Of a stretch of 64,000 bases of DNA, positions 28,784 through 42,344 are shown one piece after another; positions within the stretch are counted from its first letter, which is position 1; each line of letters begins with the position of its first letter. This DNA is from Moniliella sp. 'wahieum'. Its lineage: Eukaryota. The stretch is taken from NCBI GenBank assembly GCA_003971905.1, contig RSEE01000035.1, forward strand, positions 434,001 through 498,000, read 5' to 3'. The notes beneath the pieces were generated by a model, which worked only from the letters and a program-made list of their open reading frames with translations, was not told where the DNA came from and made no database searches. The position numbers were made by a program, and so were the translations under genes.

Positions 28784-29416
28784 GGCGGGGGGAGGCGAGA
28801 CGGAGGAGGTGGCGGAGGCGGGGGAAGACGCTGTGAGCGCGCGTTAAAAGGACCGCCTGGGGGGGGTCTTCTCTTCTTTTCCGCACCGGACATTTCTTCT
28901 CCGTCGGTGGCGTGCAGCGCGACAGGGGGGCGCAGGTGCGGGCACTTCCCCGTGCGGGCGCTGGGCCGTGCCCGCCTGACTCGCCCCGTGCGGGGCGGAC
29001 ATGACGCACTAACCCAGGCGGCCCGCGCCGCAGCCCGCATGACGGCAGTGTCCGCGATCGAATCTGGGTGTGCTGCGGCCCAGCGCTGCCGGCTGCCCCG
29101 CTGCCCCCCCGCGCCAGCAGCGCATCTCCGCGATTGTGCAACCCTACTGCGCGCTGGCTGTGACATGTCCGCGCTCACGCATCACACGTCACGCGTGGGT
29201 TGGTCAGCTACTAAGCGTGGGTGGCAACATGCATGCGCCACGCTGGAGCGCGCCCAGCCACGCTGTTGCTGTGATGTGATGTCGCAAGTTATCTGCATGT
29301 GATCTGCAACTCCTCTGCATTCAGCATTGGCTATCTTGATGACAGCATAGCATGTCGCTGAGCGCCTTCCACATGCTGCCGAGCGTGTTCCCGATGGGCT
29401 CCTCAAGCGCAGCGCA

Positions 29417-32400
29417 CTAGAGGTGGTCCTGCACAAACGCGTCGCTCTTCCAGGCCGCCGCGGTGCGCATCGCGTCGCGCGCCTCGCGGCTGGACGCGCG
29501 ACGGCGGCCGTCTGCCCCATCCACTGCAGCACGAGCACCAGCAGCTGGCGGTGGAGCGGCTTGGACAGCGCGTAGAACTGCTCGGGCGCCCGCTGCACCA
29601 GCCCGCCACCACATTCGCCGCCAACGCCGCGTCCGTGTCGGCCATCACGTCCTGCTCCCACGATCGCCTGCACGCGCTGCGCCACCTCCCCTCCTTCTGC
29701 CCGCCGCCGTCGACCGGCCACGAGTCCCACCAGGTCGCCCACAACGGCTTCAGCGGCTCCCGCTCGTCCCCAAAACGCGCTCTGGCACAGCTCCGCCACC
29801 TGCGCCCAGTCTTGGCCGACACGTCTGGCCGGCGCCTTCTCCAGCACCAAGATGAGTGCCGTAGCCGACGACTCGGCGATCAACTGTAGATCCGTAGCCG
29901 CCGTGCCGAGGCCTTGGCCGATCGTCTGGACCTCGGCCACGACCGGATCACACGCGGCTGGTACAGCATGAGCGTGCCCAGTCCGTGGGCGGCGCGCGTG
30001 CGGACAGTGGAGGAGCTGGGGTCGTGAGCGCCTTTTGGAAGCTGCGCTGCAGCTGGGGATAGAACGGCCGGCAGAGCGCCGGGACACGGTCCAAGATCAC
30101 TGTCAGCGCCTGCAAGATGGCCTGTTTGACCGCGGGCGTGTGCCGGTCGCCGCAGGCACGATCAAAGGTCCGACCATCTGGATAATGTAGGGCTTGACGT
30201 GCGTGGCCTCTGTCCGTTGCACCAGATCCGCCAAGCCCGTACGCGCCCTGTTCCCGCTGCTCGGCCGTACCGTTGAGCAGACCGGCGAGGAAGACTGGCA
30301 CCAAGGGAGCAATGCCCTTGGGCCGCGAAAAGCCTGGAACCGACTCGCCCAAGCTGTCGACAATGTGCCGCACCGGCACCACGATCGTCTCGATTTCCGC
30401 CTTGGGCACCGTCTTGAGAACGGCCTCGAGCGCTTCCCGCGCCGACGCCACCACCGATTCCTCCGGGTCCTCGAACAGAGCCAGCAGCTTGCGAAGCCAC
30501 AGCACCCGGTAATCCTCCAGCGACAGCTGCGACTGCATCACGCCGGCAAACGTACCCATGAAGGCACACCCGTCGCGCGGCGCTCGGGCGCCAAGTTGCC
30601 CGCCCAGCCAAGGAGGAGCATCATGAGTTGGTGCAAGCCTTCTCCGTCCGCGACAGAAGCCAAGTTGGCCCGTACCGCTTCTTGCACACTCTCCTTTTCC
30701 TCGGCGGCATGGTGGCAGCATGGCGCTCGAGCGTCAGCGCCAAGGCGGTGAGAATGTTGGACAGCACCTGGTTCAACGCACGGCCCGATACACTGACCAG
30801 CGCCGTCAACGCGCGCGCATTGAAGCCCGTAATGGGCTGCTGGGTCAGCGTCGGCACCAGCACCGGGAACACCACTTCTGCCCGCGCGCGCATGACTTCG
30901 CGCAGCGCCGCCAGCGCGGTACCCGACCCAGGGTTTTCCGGGTCGGCCATCGCCTCCAGCAACGTGGGGATCGTGTCGTCGATCGCTTTCGCACCCAGAA
31001 TCTCTTGCGCCGTGTCGAACGCCTGCGCGGCCGCGTGCCGCACCACCTCGGATGAATCCACAAGCCCTGACGGATAATGGCAATGATCGTGTCCTCGTGG
31101 TCCTCCAGTTGGTCTGCAACGAGGCGGTCAGTATCAAAAGCCCAAGCGTAAAATAAAAGATGGCAAACGTACTCTTGGTAGCGTGGGTGAGAATATCGTT
31201 GACCGCCACACACACCGGCACGGACTGGTACCTGGTCCGACGTGACCCCGCGGTTGCGCAAAATGGGGATCGTGTCCCGCAAGATGCGTTCGCCCAGCTT
31301 GCGCACCAGTTCGCCGAGGGTGCGGCCGGCAATCTCACGTTGCTCCACCCCGGGAGCCGAGAGGAGGCCAATAATCATGTCGATCATCTTGGGCAGAATT
31401 TCACGAGCAGTGCGAGGCGTGTTGATGATGAGCGCCTTCCATGTGTGCACGGCTTGCTGGCGCACGGCATGTACGGGTCCTGACGAATGAGGTAAATCGC
31501 CGCCAGGACCTTGTCGCGCCGCTCGGCGCCGAGCGCCTCCAGGCGCCTTGTTGACACTGTTGCCACCCGCCGCTGCGGCCGCCTCTTCGTTCGCGTCGGC
31601 ATCCTCAAACTCGTCCGTCTGTTCATCGGCCAGCTCGGCCTTGCCCGAGATGCCCGACAGACGGAAGAGAAGGTCACCCACCAGCTGGATCGAGGAGAGA
31701 CGAATGCGCCACTCTTCCGCAAACATGCCGCGCTCGAGTTCGGGAAGGCAGTTCCATAGCACGCTGCGAGTAGTTGGCAATAATCATCCGTCCTGCCCGC
31801 ATCGAAGCATCACGCACACTCTCGGTACTGTCCGCAATACCGCCAGGATGGGCGGGATGATCTTGCCGAGGTGGGGCGCAAAGCGCGAGCCAAACGTAAC
31901 GGGCAGGTAGATCAGAAGCGAAATGTACCCGGCACGCACGTACGCGCGGCCACTCGCCGCACTCTGGATAATCTCCGGCAACAAGTTCTCCATCCGTTCT
32001 GTGCCGAGCCCAGCCAGGATCTCGGCCAAGCCCTGCGCCGCGCCTTGCCGGTCCACGCCCGAGGCGTCGGAACGCAGCACCATCAGCAACGACGGCACCA
32101 AATCGATAAAGTTGGCCTCACCCAGGCGCTCGACCAGCGTGCCCAACGAGCGAGCCGCTACCGCACGCGTCTCGGGCACAGGACTGACCAAGACGGTGCG
32201 CAGCAGCGGCATCAACTGGCGCGTGTACGGAATGAAGTCGCGCGAGTCGGTCAAACCAGCCAGGTTGCCCACAATGCGCGTCGCATCCCCCTGCATACTC
32301 GCCGCTCGTTCCTTCAGGCCCCGCTCGACAATCGGCATCAGCAGCGCCAACGAGGCCGAGTCAATGTAGTGAACAAAGCTTGTGCTAAGCACAGCCTTGA

Positions 32401-35400
32401 GCGCCTTGGCCGTATTGTCGTTCGGGTTGATCAGCGCTTGCAGGAGACGGGAGGAGAGTTTGCGGATTTCGGGGTTGGTAATCACTTCGCCAAACTGCTT
32501 GAGCGAGCGGTTGGCAGACGCCTTGACTTGCGTGTGCGAGTCACTCAGCACACCACTGAGCGGTGGAATGATCTTGGGAAGAGATGTGGACAATTGCCGG
32601 GGAGCACAGTAGGCCATCGCTCCCAACAACTCCACCGCGCCCTTCTTGGACCTCCACTGCTTGTCATCCAGCCCACTCAGCAGGTCAGGCAGAATGAGCT
32701 TGACACAGTGGCCCGAAATGTTTTGCATGATCGCCCGCGCGGCGTCTTGGGTGGCCTCCCGAACATCATTGTTGTGATCGCCAAAGCACGACAGGAGCTG
32801 AGGCAAAATGTCGAGCAGATAGGGCTCAAACAGCACCTTCAAGCTTACCGTGAGCGTTTCGTACGCCATCATGGCGCCTTGACGGTACTGGTTTTTGCTA
32901 CTGCTTGCCGCTTCGGACAGACGGTCCATCACCTTGAATTCGGGGATGGAACTGATCCCGCGTCCCTTGACCACCCCGCAATCCCATACGCAGCCCCACG
33001 GCGCATGCATAGGTGGAGCCAGTCAGAAGCTCATCAAACAACTTGTCCACCAGCTTGGCCGCCCGCTGGGGGGCCACACGAATGAGAGCAGGCAAACAGT
33101 CGGCCACAGCGCTTTGCACAACTTCCGACGGCGTGTGAAGTGCTACCAACAGTTTGTCCACCGTTTCGTTCAGCCGCTTGTCGCTTGGCTTCAGGTGGCT
33201 GGCCAGACGGCCCAGCAGGACCACCACAGCTTCCGTTACACGCCATCGGCAGCCTTGTTGGCCACAGCGTCCAAATGCGTCTGGAGCAGTTTCATCAGGG
33301 TATCCAGCTGCTGGGCACCGTGATCATCGATCACCGCTGTCGCGGCATCCAGCATGGCCACCCGCACCACCTCGCTCCGGTCTCCCAAAGCCTGGTCGCG
33401 GATCATAAAGTCAATCAACGGCACCACTTCCTCCGACCCGAGCAGGGGAGCGAGTTGGGCCAAGCTGACGGCAATCGCTTGACGGATCCGCCAGGGATCT
33501 TCCCGGTTCTCCGTGCCAGGGATCAGCATACCATAGTGGTCATACTCTGCCTCGAGCACCTTGGCGCGCTGCGGTAGAGCTCCATCAGCATTGCACCACG
33601 TCATGGATGGACTCGGGGTGGACCTCGGCCGCGCCTGCCAAAGCAAAGGGCCCCCGAGTACGGGGGAATTCGTTCGGGTGCTCCAGCAAGGCGAGAAGGC
33701 TAGGTGCGTACTCAGCTGGCACCTCAAGATCGTTCTCGTCCAGCGCCTGCTCCGCCAAGCGCGCATTTTCCTCGTCCGTGTCATGCACTCCCAGCCACAG
33801 GGGGTAAGGGAAGCCTACCTCGGGCATGGTCAGGTCGAGGAACTGCAGCGCCTGCAGCGCTCCCGTCCGCACGTACACCTCGTCGCCAACGCGTGCGTCA
33901 GCAGAGTCTTGACCTCCGAAGGGAGAGAGAGGAAGCCATTGCCTCGCCCATGCTCCGGAGCGCACTGACAGCGTCCTTGGCCAGCTGAGTGTGCTTGGCC
34001 ACCACGTGCAGCAAGGCAGCGATAAAGTCGGCACGGGGCCAGCGAGGGTCCTCGCACTGTCCCGTATGGTAGGAGATAATGTCCAAGGCTAGCTGGACTT
34101 GTTCCAGCACTGCATTCTCCCGCTCATCCGCCTTCAGCGGCTCCCCGTCCTCGTCGGTCGTAGGAACAGCCAACCCACCACGGAGGATGATGGCCGACAA
34201 GAGAGGCGTGAGAAGGGAGACCGTGCCCAAGTCGAGTGGAATCTGCTCAGCCAACACACGCACACGGTAAAGAATGCGGAGCACCATCTCGTTGTACGAC
34301 TCGATCTGGAAGGATTCGGGCACGGTCGCGTCGCTGACGGTACGAAGGAGTGCAGCGGGTAGCACAGCGGCCGTGGAGCCCAGCCGGGGCGAGGCGGCCT
34401 GGTTGAGAGCGCGAGCATGTCAAAGCACACGAAGGGAGCGAGCGTGTGAACCGTCTCGGTCTGGGCCAGGGCGAGGACCTGTTTGGCCAAGCCCAGGACG
34501 TACGACTCGGTCTCCTCGCTCTCTCCCGCCATCAGGGCTTGCACAATCCGCAACCCGCGAACAAGGGACATTCGGCCACCTCGACCTGGCTTCGAATATC
34601 AGCTCCTTGGCCAGCTGCTGATCGATCAACTTCTGCTCCTCGCGAGTAAACTTCTTGGCCGCCGCTTCTTTCGGGCCAACTCAGAGCGGAGCTCCTGTTC
34701 CCACTTGTCCACCCCCTTACCGCCCTTGGCGGGTGCACCCGATCCCTGGGAGGCCAGCACGTCGTGGTACATCTCGCCAGCGGGCGTGGCCCAAATCGCC
34801 AGATCATCGGCACTGATCAAAGCAAAGCGAGACGCATCCATCTCTTTCTCCAGCTCCGACACAATCTCAGCCAATGTCGTTTCGGGCGCGACAGAGACCA
34901 TGGTGGTAAGCGCTGCGAACGCGGCGTTGGTGAGCGAAGGCTCTTGTTCCGCAGCGTGCACGGCACACCAGAGCGATTCAAAGTGGTCGTTAATCAGGTC
35001 GGCGAGGTCAATGTGAAGGCCCGCAGCCAGGCCGCGCGCCTCGTTCCGCGTCCCGCTCGAATAGACATGGGCCAGGACAAAGAGTTGCTCCAAGACCTGC
35101 TGCCTCTGCTCGAGCGGGATCGCGTCGACCTGCGGAAGGGAAGTAAAAATGCGAAGCAAAGGACGGAAGTGTGCTGAGCATCCTTACTCGATTCCTCCTC
35201 GAGCGAGAGGAGAACCGGTTTGGGACTTGAGGGCTCCCACAGCGGCCGTGTTAAACACCGTGGCGGCCAAGCTCACTTTGGTATTGGCCAGAGCCTTGAG
35301 CCAGTCCGAAGCATACGCCCGCGACCGATGCGATTCACTTTTGACAGCCAAGGAAAGAGCGAGGGAAAAGATGGCGATAATCTCATCCGTAGCCTCCACA

Positions 35401-37412
35401 GTCTGGGCAAGGACAAGCAGGGTGCGAAGTTGCCAGTTCCGCTCTGCGTCGGTGGATACCTTACGGATAATCTTCTCGTTCAGAAGGAACGATGGTTTGG
35501 CAGCATCGGCCCAGGAGGTGACTACCTCGTTGTCCAGCAGAGCCGTGACTCCGGGCGTGTCCCAAGAACCCAAGGCCCTTGAGCAGAGCAACGGCAACAT
35601 ATCCCTCGAGCGGGCCAGCAGGCGCCTTCAAACCCAAACCAGCAGCGGACAGATTGGCCTTCCAGGCCGGAACAAGCAACTCCACAAACGCCTTCCAAGC
35701 TCCACTGGGGACGAGCGGCGCCTTGTCCCAAATCAATTCTCCAACATACTCACATGTTGCATGGCGCAACGGGGGTTTGGCACTTTGCAGGTGCTTGGCC
35801 ATAGACTTGGCTGCAGCTGACGCCTCGGCAGCCAGAGTGTCTCCGTCTAGCAGGAGAGGAAGATGCGAAGATAGTGTGGCCCACGCCATACGGCAAACGC
35901 TGTCGTTCGTTTCTTTTTCGAGCAGGAGCGTGGCCGCTTGGGTAGCAGCAGGACTGGTCGCCGCATCGGAAGGGGCCCGCGCCAAGGTTTCCAGCGCAGC
36001 TGCACGAGCCTCGGGAGAAGTAAACTTGTTGGCCTTGAGCTGAGAGGCAACGTCCTTGACATAGCCCGCTACCGAAGGTGCGTCGACCTTCCCCAGCAGC
36101 ACCACGGCAAATGCAACGGCGCGCTCCCGCGTCGCCGCCGTCGTAGAACGAAGCGCCGAAGTCAAGGGACCGCGGAGGCCATCCAGTTGAGTGCCCAACG
36201 TTTTGGCGTCCTCCGGGGACGAAACTGCCAGAGCAGCATACACAGCGCCAGCCACAGGGCTCGCAATCTCAGGCGAACGCAGCATCATCTTATCCAACGT
36301 GGGCTTGAACCCTCCGGGGACGACCAAGTCAGAGGGCTTGACGGCCTCAGCAAAGAAATCATGCAAAGCAGAAAGCGCTTGGGGCGGAACGACGGTCTTG
36401 CTGCTGACAATGTGGCTTGTGAAAAAGCTCAGGATGCGGTCTTTGGAAGAGACAACAAAGGTGTGGCCCTTGCCATCAGGCAGTCCTTTAGCTTTCTCCG
36501 ACCCGCGCGCAAGCGAAGAGCCACATCGATCAGCACGCCCAAGAGTGGAAGAGCCGTAACCGCAGCAGCCCCCGTCTGTTGAAGCAGCGTGTCAAGGATG
36601 AGATCAAAATGCTCATGGGACTGGGGAAAATAAGTTAGTTACCAACGAAAGGACGAAGGGGAAACCGAAGCGAGATACGATACATACAGCGCGGAAGGCA
36701 CGACGAATCCAAGTCAAGACGCCCGCCTTGATGCGAGGCTTGGCAGCATGGTCGCCCAAGGGCGTCCAATGCACGGGCAAGGAGCATAACGTCTCCTTTG
36801 CCTCGTGGGTGCGGGGTTTGGCTCCATCAGGAGCAGGGATCGGGCTTGAAAAGCCAGGCACACGCGCAGGTCCCGCGCCCACCAACGTTTGGAGAACAAC
36901 GGAGAGCCACGGGATCAGGGCTGAACGAGCGCGCGGGGCGGAACCCTTGGGGTGACCAAGATGGTGCAGCAGGGCCTTGAGCGCTTGGGCTGCCACTGCA
37001 TCCTCGTTCTGGGCTGCGCGGAAGAGCGTATCGAGGAGGGGCGAGGCAGCGGCCAAAGCCAGCTTGAGCGAGTGCTGATCGTCGTACCGCAAGCCGGCAT
37101 CGGCGAGAAGGAGCACAAGTTGACGCGCTGCTTGCTGCTCTCGACGCGGGCAGAGTCGAGCGGGACGAGCTGCTGGAGCGCGCGCGCACGGGCGCAGTCT
37201 TGGGGCTGCGAACGAGCGCGGCGAGGGCGTCGAGCTCGGTGGGCCAGTCGTCGGAGCGGGAGGCGGGGGGAAGCGGGCGGCGGGCGAGGGAGCCGCGGTG
37301 GGTCGGCGGCGCGGTGCGGGTTCATGTCGTCATCCTCGTCGTAAGGGTCGTGGCCATCGGCAGCGGAGGTGCTGCTGGCCCACTGCGCAATCTCCTTCTT
37401 GTTGCGCACCAT
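29417..37412 (-). CDS. GCN1: eIF2-alpha kinase activator GCN1 (HEAT-repeat protein); frameshifted
   Basis: About 8 kb HEAT-rich CDS with LFEPYLLDILPQLLSCFGD, ISGHCVKLILP, QWRSKKGAVELLGAMAYCAPRQLS, FVHYIDSASLAL, VDRQGAAQGLAE, WRIRLSSIQLVGDLLF, NTPRTAREILP, LAGLLNGTAEQREQGA, RPFYPQLQRSFQKAL; introns near 36.6, 35.15 and 31.15 kb. Confidence 0.95.
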
Positions 37413-38012
37413 CCCGGACGCGAGGCGAGGGCACAAGACGGGGACAGCGCAGACGAGGTGGTGTCGGATGGGATTGCTAAGCTCCTCGAAAAATTCCCTG
37501 TCTGTGCGGCCCAGGTGCTTATGTCAGCTGGCGCACATCACGCGTCAGCGTCAGCCGTCCGAGTCAGCGTTCACTTGAACTTGAACGTTCAGCGTGCCTG
37601 CTGAGGCTCACTGGCTGCACTAGTCACTCTAGTCACTCGAGTCATTCCGGCCACGCCTATCGCCTCCAATAGCTTCATTGCGCTGGCAGCTGGCCAATCG
37701 GTTCTCGATCCGCACCTGCTGTATCTGCTACACGCTGGCCCCAGACCCCCCGGGGAAAGGATCCGACCGTGGATGGGTTTTGCACGCGTACAAGAAATGA
37801 TTCGTAGCAACAGGCGCGCAAGTTGCGTGCGTGCCCACACGCACCAGCCTCCTTGGCGTCCACGCACACACACACTTCTCCTACTTGGTCAGGGATCCCG
37901 GAACAACCAACCATACACACTCAACTGCGACGAATGAAGAATATACACAGAAATGAAGCGCTCGAGCGGGATCGGTAGCGCATGAGCAAGGGGCGGGCGG
38001 ACCAGGGTCGTT

Positions 38013-38904
38013 CTAGTTATCGTCCGAGCCGCCGACGATACGGAGGATGTTGATGAAGAGGTTGATAATGTCGAGATAGAGGGAGACCGTGGCCACGACC
38101 CACTCGTCGGGGAAAGACGGTTGACAAGGGTACGTGTCGAACATGATGTACCCGGCAAAGACCAGGGCACCGATCACGGCAAAGACCAGTCGGCCGTCTG
38201 GCTATAGGGGAGGAAAATTTGTACAAACGACACGCCAATCAGCAGCCAGAGGAAGCCCCACAGCCAAGGGCCCAGCTGGCTAAAGTCCCAGCCCGACTTG
38301 AGGGTGAAGATGGTGAGACCAGCAAAGATAAAGGTAGTAGGATAACCGCCTTGAGCACCACCGTAGAACTGTAGAATGACACGAGCGTGCCGACATGGCA
38401 GCCTCAAAGACAGTGAAGAGGGCGAGGAAACCAATGTTGGCCTGGGACAACAACAGCTGGTCAGAACACGGCAAGGCATGCATGTCAGCATGGGGAAAAC
38501 AACGTACGGGTGCGAATGGCGCTTCCAGAACACACCCGCCATAGCAACAAAGGTGCCAAGGGCGGGACAAGCATGGTCCAAGGGTGCAGCTGGAAGTACT
38601 GGGTGGTACCCGAGTAAATGAAGATGGAGCTTGAGATGGTGGTGAACAGCAGCTGGGCAAAGAGGGCAGCATACACTTTGCGGACAAACATCGAGCGGAT
38701 CGCAGGGTCGGCGTCAGAGGCCACGCCGCTGAACAGAGGCTCGCCGGCCTCTTCGTCCCACGGCCCGTTGCGGACGCTGGTGGATGCATCGGCAAGCGAC
38801 TCGTACGTGCCGCTGCCCTCGCCCGCACCGTGCGAGGGCTTCTTGGCAGCGGGCGGGGCAGCACGCGCCTGGTCGTAGGACGGAGGTGCTTGGGAGTACG
38901 ACAT
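38013..38904 (-). CDS. BXI1: Bax inhibitor-1 (TMBIM/lifeguard) family membrane protein
   Basis: N-terminal PPSY motif, IRSMFVRKVYAALFAQLLFT, FAGLTIFTLKSGWDFS, YIMFDTYL, SLYLDIINLFINILRI; several introns and frameshifts. Confidence 0.9.
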
Positions 38905-39191
38905 GGGGGACGCAGAGCAGGGGGGGGCGGGCGTGGTGGTAGCAGCGAGAGACGCTCCGCAGCCGCAGACGGCCCAACCGATGGCGGGGCTCTGCCGATC
39001 TGCTTTGCCCAGCCTGGTCGCCACCCAAACACGCAGGCCGCCCGGTGACGTCACCGGCACGTGCGCCCACCCTTCGCCCACTTTCCGCAGCCCAGTGGTG
39101 GCCAGTGGCCGCTGGCAGTGGTTAGATCACGTGGGCACCGGGCCTTCGACCTGGCACCGCCCATCCACTCTCATTGATGTCAGCGCTCCTC

Positions 39192-39204
39192 AAAAAGAAA
39201 AAAA
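39192..39204 (-). terminator. RNA polymerase III oligo-T terminator
   Basis: TTTTTTTCTTTTT directly 3' of the tRNA on the minus strand. Confidence 0.85.
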
Positions 39205-39276
39205 TGGACGAACAGGGAATTGAACCCCGGACCTCATGCATGCTAAGCAAGCGCTCTACCCCTGAGCTATCCGCCC
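39205..39276 (-). tRNA. tRNA-Ala (anticodon AGC)
   Basis: GGGCGGATAGCTCAGGGGTAGAGCGCTTGCTTAGCATGCATGAGGTCCGGGGTTCAATTCCCTGTTCGTCCA: 72-nt cloverleaf, G3:U70 Ala identity pair, A and B boxes, immediately followed by a T-tract. Confidence 0.96.
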
Positions 39277-40083
39277 CTTGTTAACCAACAACGGCAGTAA
39301 GCTGATAGGGTACACGCGCACGCCATTACCCGAAGAGGGCAAGGGTATCAGAGATGGATGTGGCGCCTCAATCTACTTGTGATTCTTCGTCACCCCCCCC
39401 CCCTTCCCCGTTGTGGACCTGCATTTGTTTCGGATGGGGTCTGGTCCAACACCATATAACACAACGACCTCTACCTCGGCACCTGTGCCTGTTTGGCCGC
39501 TCGTTTGGACCGGACACGGGGTTCCTTCTGTCGAAAGGAAAAGGAACGTTTGGGAACCTGGTGAAAGAGGGGGGCTATTATAATACCTGGGGCGGGGAGC
39601 AGCGCAAACGATGGACCAAGAAAGAACATGCAATGGATTCATATAGGAAGTTTAAGCGGTATCAGCACCAATGTACCGATATACTATTACTGTACCAAAT
39701 GTATACCAATGTACCAATGTATCTTGCGCCTCGACCTTCCCGAATTGAATGAGAGGCATAACGCATGAGGAGACACATCATGAGGGGCCAAAAAAGTTGC
39801 TGCCCCAATCACGGTGCTTGGAAGGGAAGGCAGAGGCTCATTCGGATGCGATGGAGGATGGGGAGGCAGGGTGGGAAAAAAGAAGAAAGAAAACGAAGGG
39901 AGTCAGATGCACATAAAGCCGGGATGGCTAGATCCAACAAGATCCCTGTCCAATGTCCATATGGGTAACCAATGTGAGAGAACTTGATGAGCGTATAGTA
40001 CATGGGCATGAGCAGGGGCACCAAAGGCCAGTCAGGGCAGAGCAAGGGATAGTTCACCCTACTGCAGACACGACAGCAAGAAA

Positions 40084-41562
40084 TCATAACAGCGAAAAAA
40101 GAGCTTCAAGCGAAATGGCAAGGTGGGTAGAGGAGTGGAAGACATGGGAAGAAAAGATACGCAGCAAAACACCGTATCGGGTCAGGCAAGCCAAAGCCCC
40201 CGAGACCCAACCTCGGCAACAAATGGGTTCGTAGAAAAAGGTCGTCGGGATGGGCATACCAGCCAAGCCACTAGTGTGGCGTAGGAGAGAAGCAGGGTCA
40301 GGTGGGACCCAAGAAGGGTACCCCCCAAAACGTAAAAGTCTCATGAGCGCGTCAAGTTGCCCCCCGCGGCTGGGTCGGCTGAGCAAGCGCATGTTTCATT
40401 CAGTGCCGTATTCGTCTCTGCCGTGGTCCACCAGCCTGGCGCACAAACGGGAACGAGGCGACGTGTCGTCGTTCGCACTTGAATTCTGGCTCTGTCCGAC
40501 GCCCGTTCCGATGGAAGCGGTGGACGAAGAAAAGGTGCTTCCCTGGGATGTCGAGTCACCAGAAATCATAGGAGCAGCTTGTCGAGTAGATTGAGGGGGG
40601 TTGCGAGCATCTCCTGCGGGGGGGAAGGGAACGTGAACCAAGGCGACTCCGTATCAAGCGGATGGGGCAATAATAGGGCGGGACTAATAGATGGGCCGGT
40701 GCTCAAGGCGCTACCACTTGCACGAGCAAACAACTTACCGGGAAGATAAACCAAAGCTACTAATCCACTGCCCATCTCTTCTTGGTGGCGGACCGCCACG
40801 CAGCACGCCTACGCTGGCCGTGGGGCGAGGAGAACTCTCCAATCGCACCGGCTCGATGTTGTTGTGGATGGGCTAGACCAGACAGAAGAACAGGATGAAT
40901 CAAGTCGGACTGTGGATCGTATCCCAACCCTTGCCCGCCGGCCGTGTGCATCATTTCGGCCGAATCCGCAACCGACAGGTTGCCCATCCCAGCACTTATT
41001 AGGTGTGTCAGACTATCAGCACCTTGTGAATCATCGAAGCCGGGCTTGGGGGGAACTCAAACGCCGAGGGAAACTTAGCAAGGGAGGAGGGCACATCGGG
41101 GTCATCGTAGGGATAATCACGCCCACCAAAAGTCATGGCTGGGGCTGACTTCCTGGTGCGCAGAAAGCGGGTGTCGGATGACGAGTACCCCCCAGGTGTC
41201 AAAAGACCGGAAGAAGTGTCCCTGTAGGTCGCATGCGTGTTGGCTGGGAGTAGGTCAAGAGAAGCTTGAGGGCACAATCGGTACGATGCATGGTTTGGGA
41301 CCCCCCAGGGGACTCGTCAGTCATACCGCGACGTAGCTCATGCGTGGAGGATATGGGGTGTCCGCATGGGGGTTGGGCCACGCAGCGGGTTGTGCGAAAC
41401 GATCACGTATGGCTCGGGATCCTGTATGGTGAGATGGTGCAGGGCCAACCGCTCAGAGAGTTGGTGCACTTTGGCCCGGTCCGTTGCGCTCATGCCAGGG
41501 GAAAGGCCGTTGGTGTGAATTGTGGCACAAGGGTGAACAGCAGCTGCACAATGGTACAACAA
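40084..41562 (-). CDS. Hypothetical Ser/Pro-rich protein or degenerate gene
   Basis: Series of overlapping minus-strand ORFs (41338-41562, 41008-41277, 40760-40987, 40396-40641, 40084-40392); no recognisable domain. Confidence 0.3.
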
Positions 41563-42344
41563 AAGGTGGCAGCCGAGGCAAGACGCCTCATCACAAGAAC
41601 ATCACTCGCACCGCTGGCATCGCTATAGCCAGTACGCAGTAACTACTACCACTGCTCTTCTCTTCCAGCAACGTCCAAGCTAGCTTGAAGCTTCAAGCTT
41701 CGTGCTTTATGCTCATACGTTCTCTGGCAGTTCCTCTCGCCGCTTTCACCTGCCCCAGTACCATGTAACCGGGTAACCCCAATTCTTCCCAAGCACACGC
41801 TAAGCACACCATCGCATCGGCAGACCAGGCGTATCCTTGTTGTGCAAGCCGCCTTCCGCAAAGCGTACCAAAAATGAGGTCTTAGGCCTCATTAATCATT
41901 GCGCCTCCTCTCACTTGTCTCGTACAGACGTCGCTTACACGCCCATATGCGCTCCAACATCCACACGGTACGCGATTACGAGGCTACCCCACACTCTATT
42001 CCCGTCGTGTCCCCGTCATGTGCAGAGCCAAACAGACCCCGGCAGACGGTTTCCGAACACCCAGTAACGCAGGGCGGCGATGCGCACCCCCCACCCAAAG
42101 AACAACCAACTAGCCCAGCAGAAACAGAAGAATGGGATCAGACGATCATTTTTGATCGACCCAGGGTCGATAGTAGGCGAAACGAGAGGACGGCCGAATG
42201 GATGGCAGGCCAAACGACACAACGTGCACCATCTTTAAACCAGGAGAAGCAAAAATGGGAAAGAGTGCCCGGAACGTGGCAAAGCACGTAGCATCTTTCC
42301 TGAATCGGAATCACAGGTTCTCCTTGACCGGTACCCCCCCCCGC

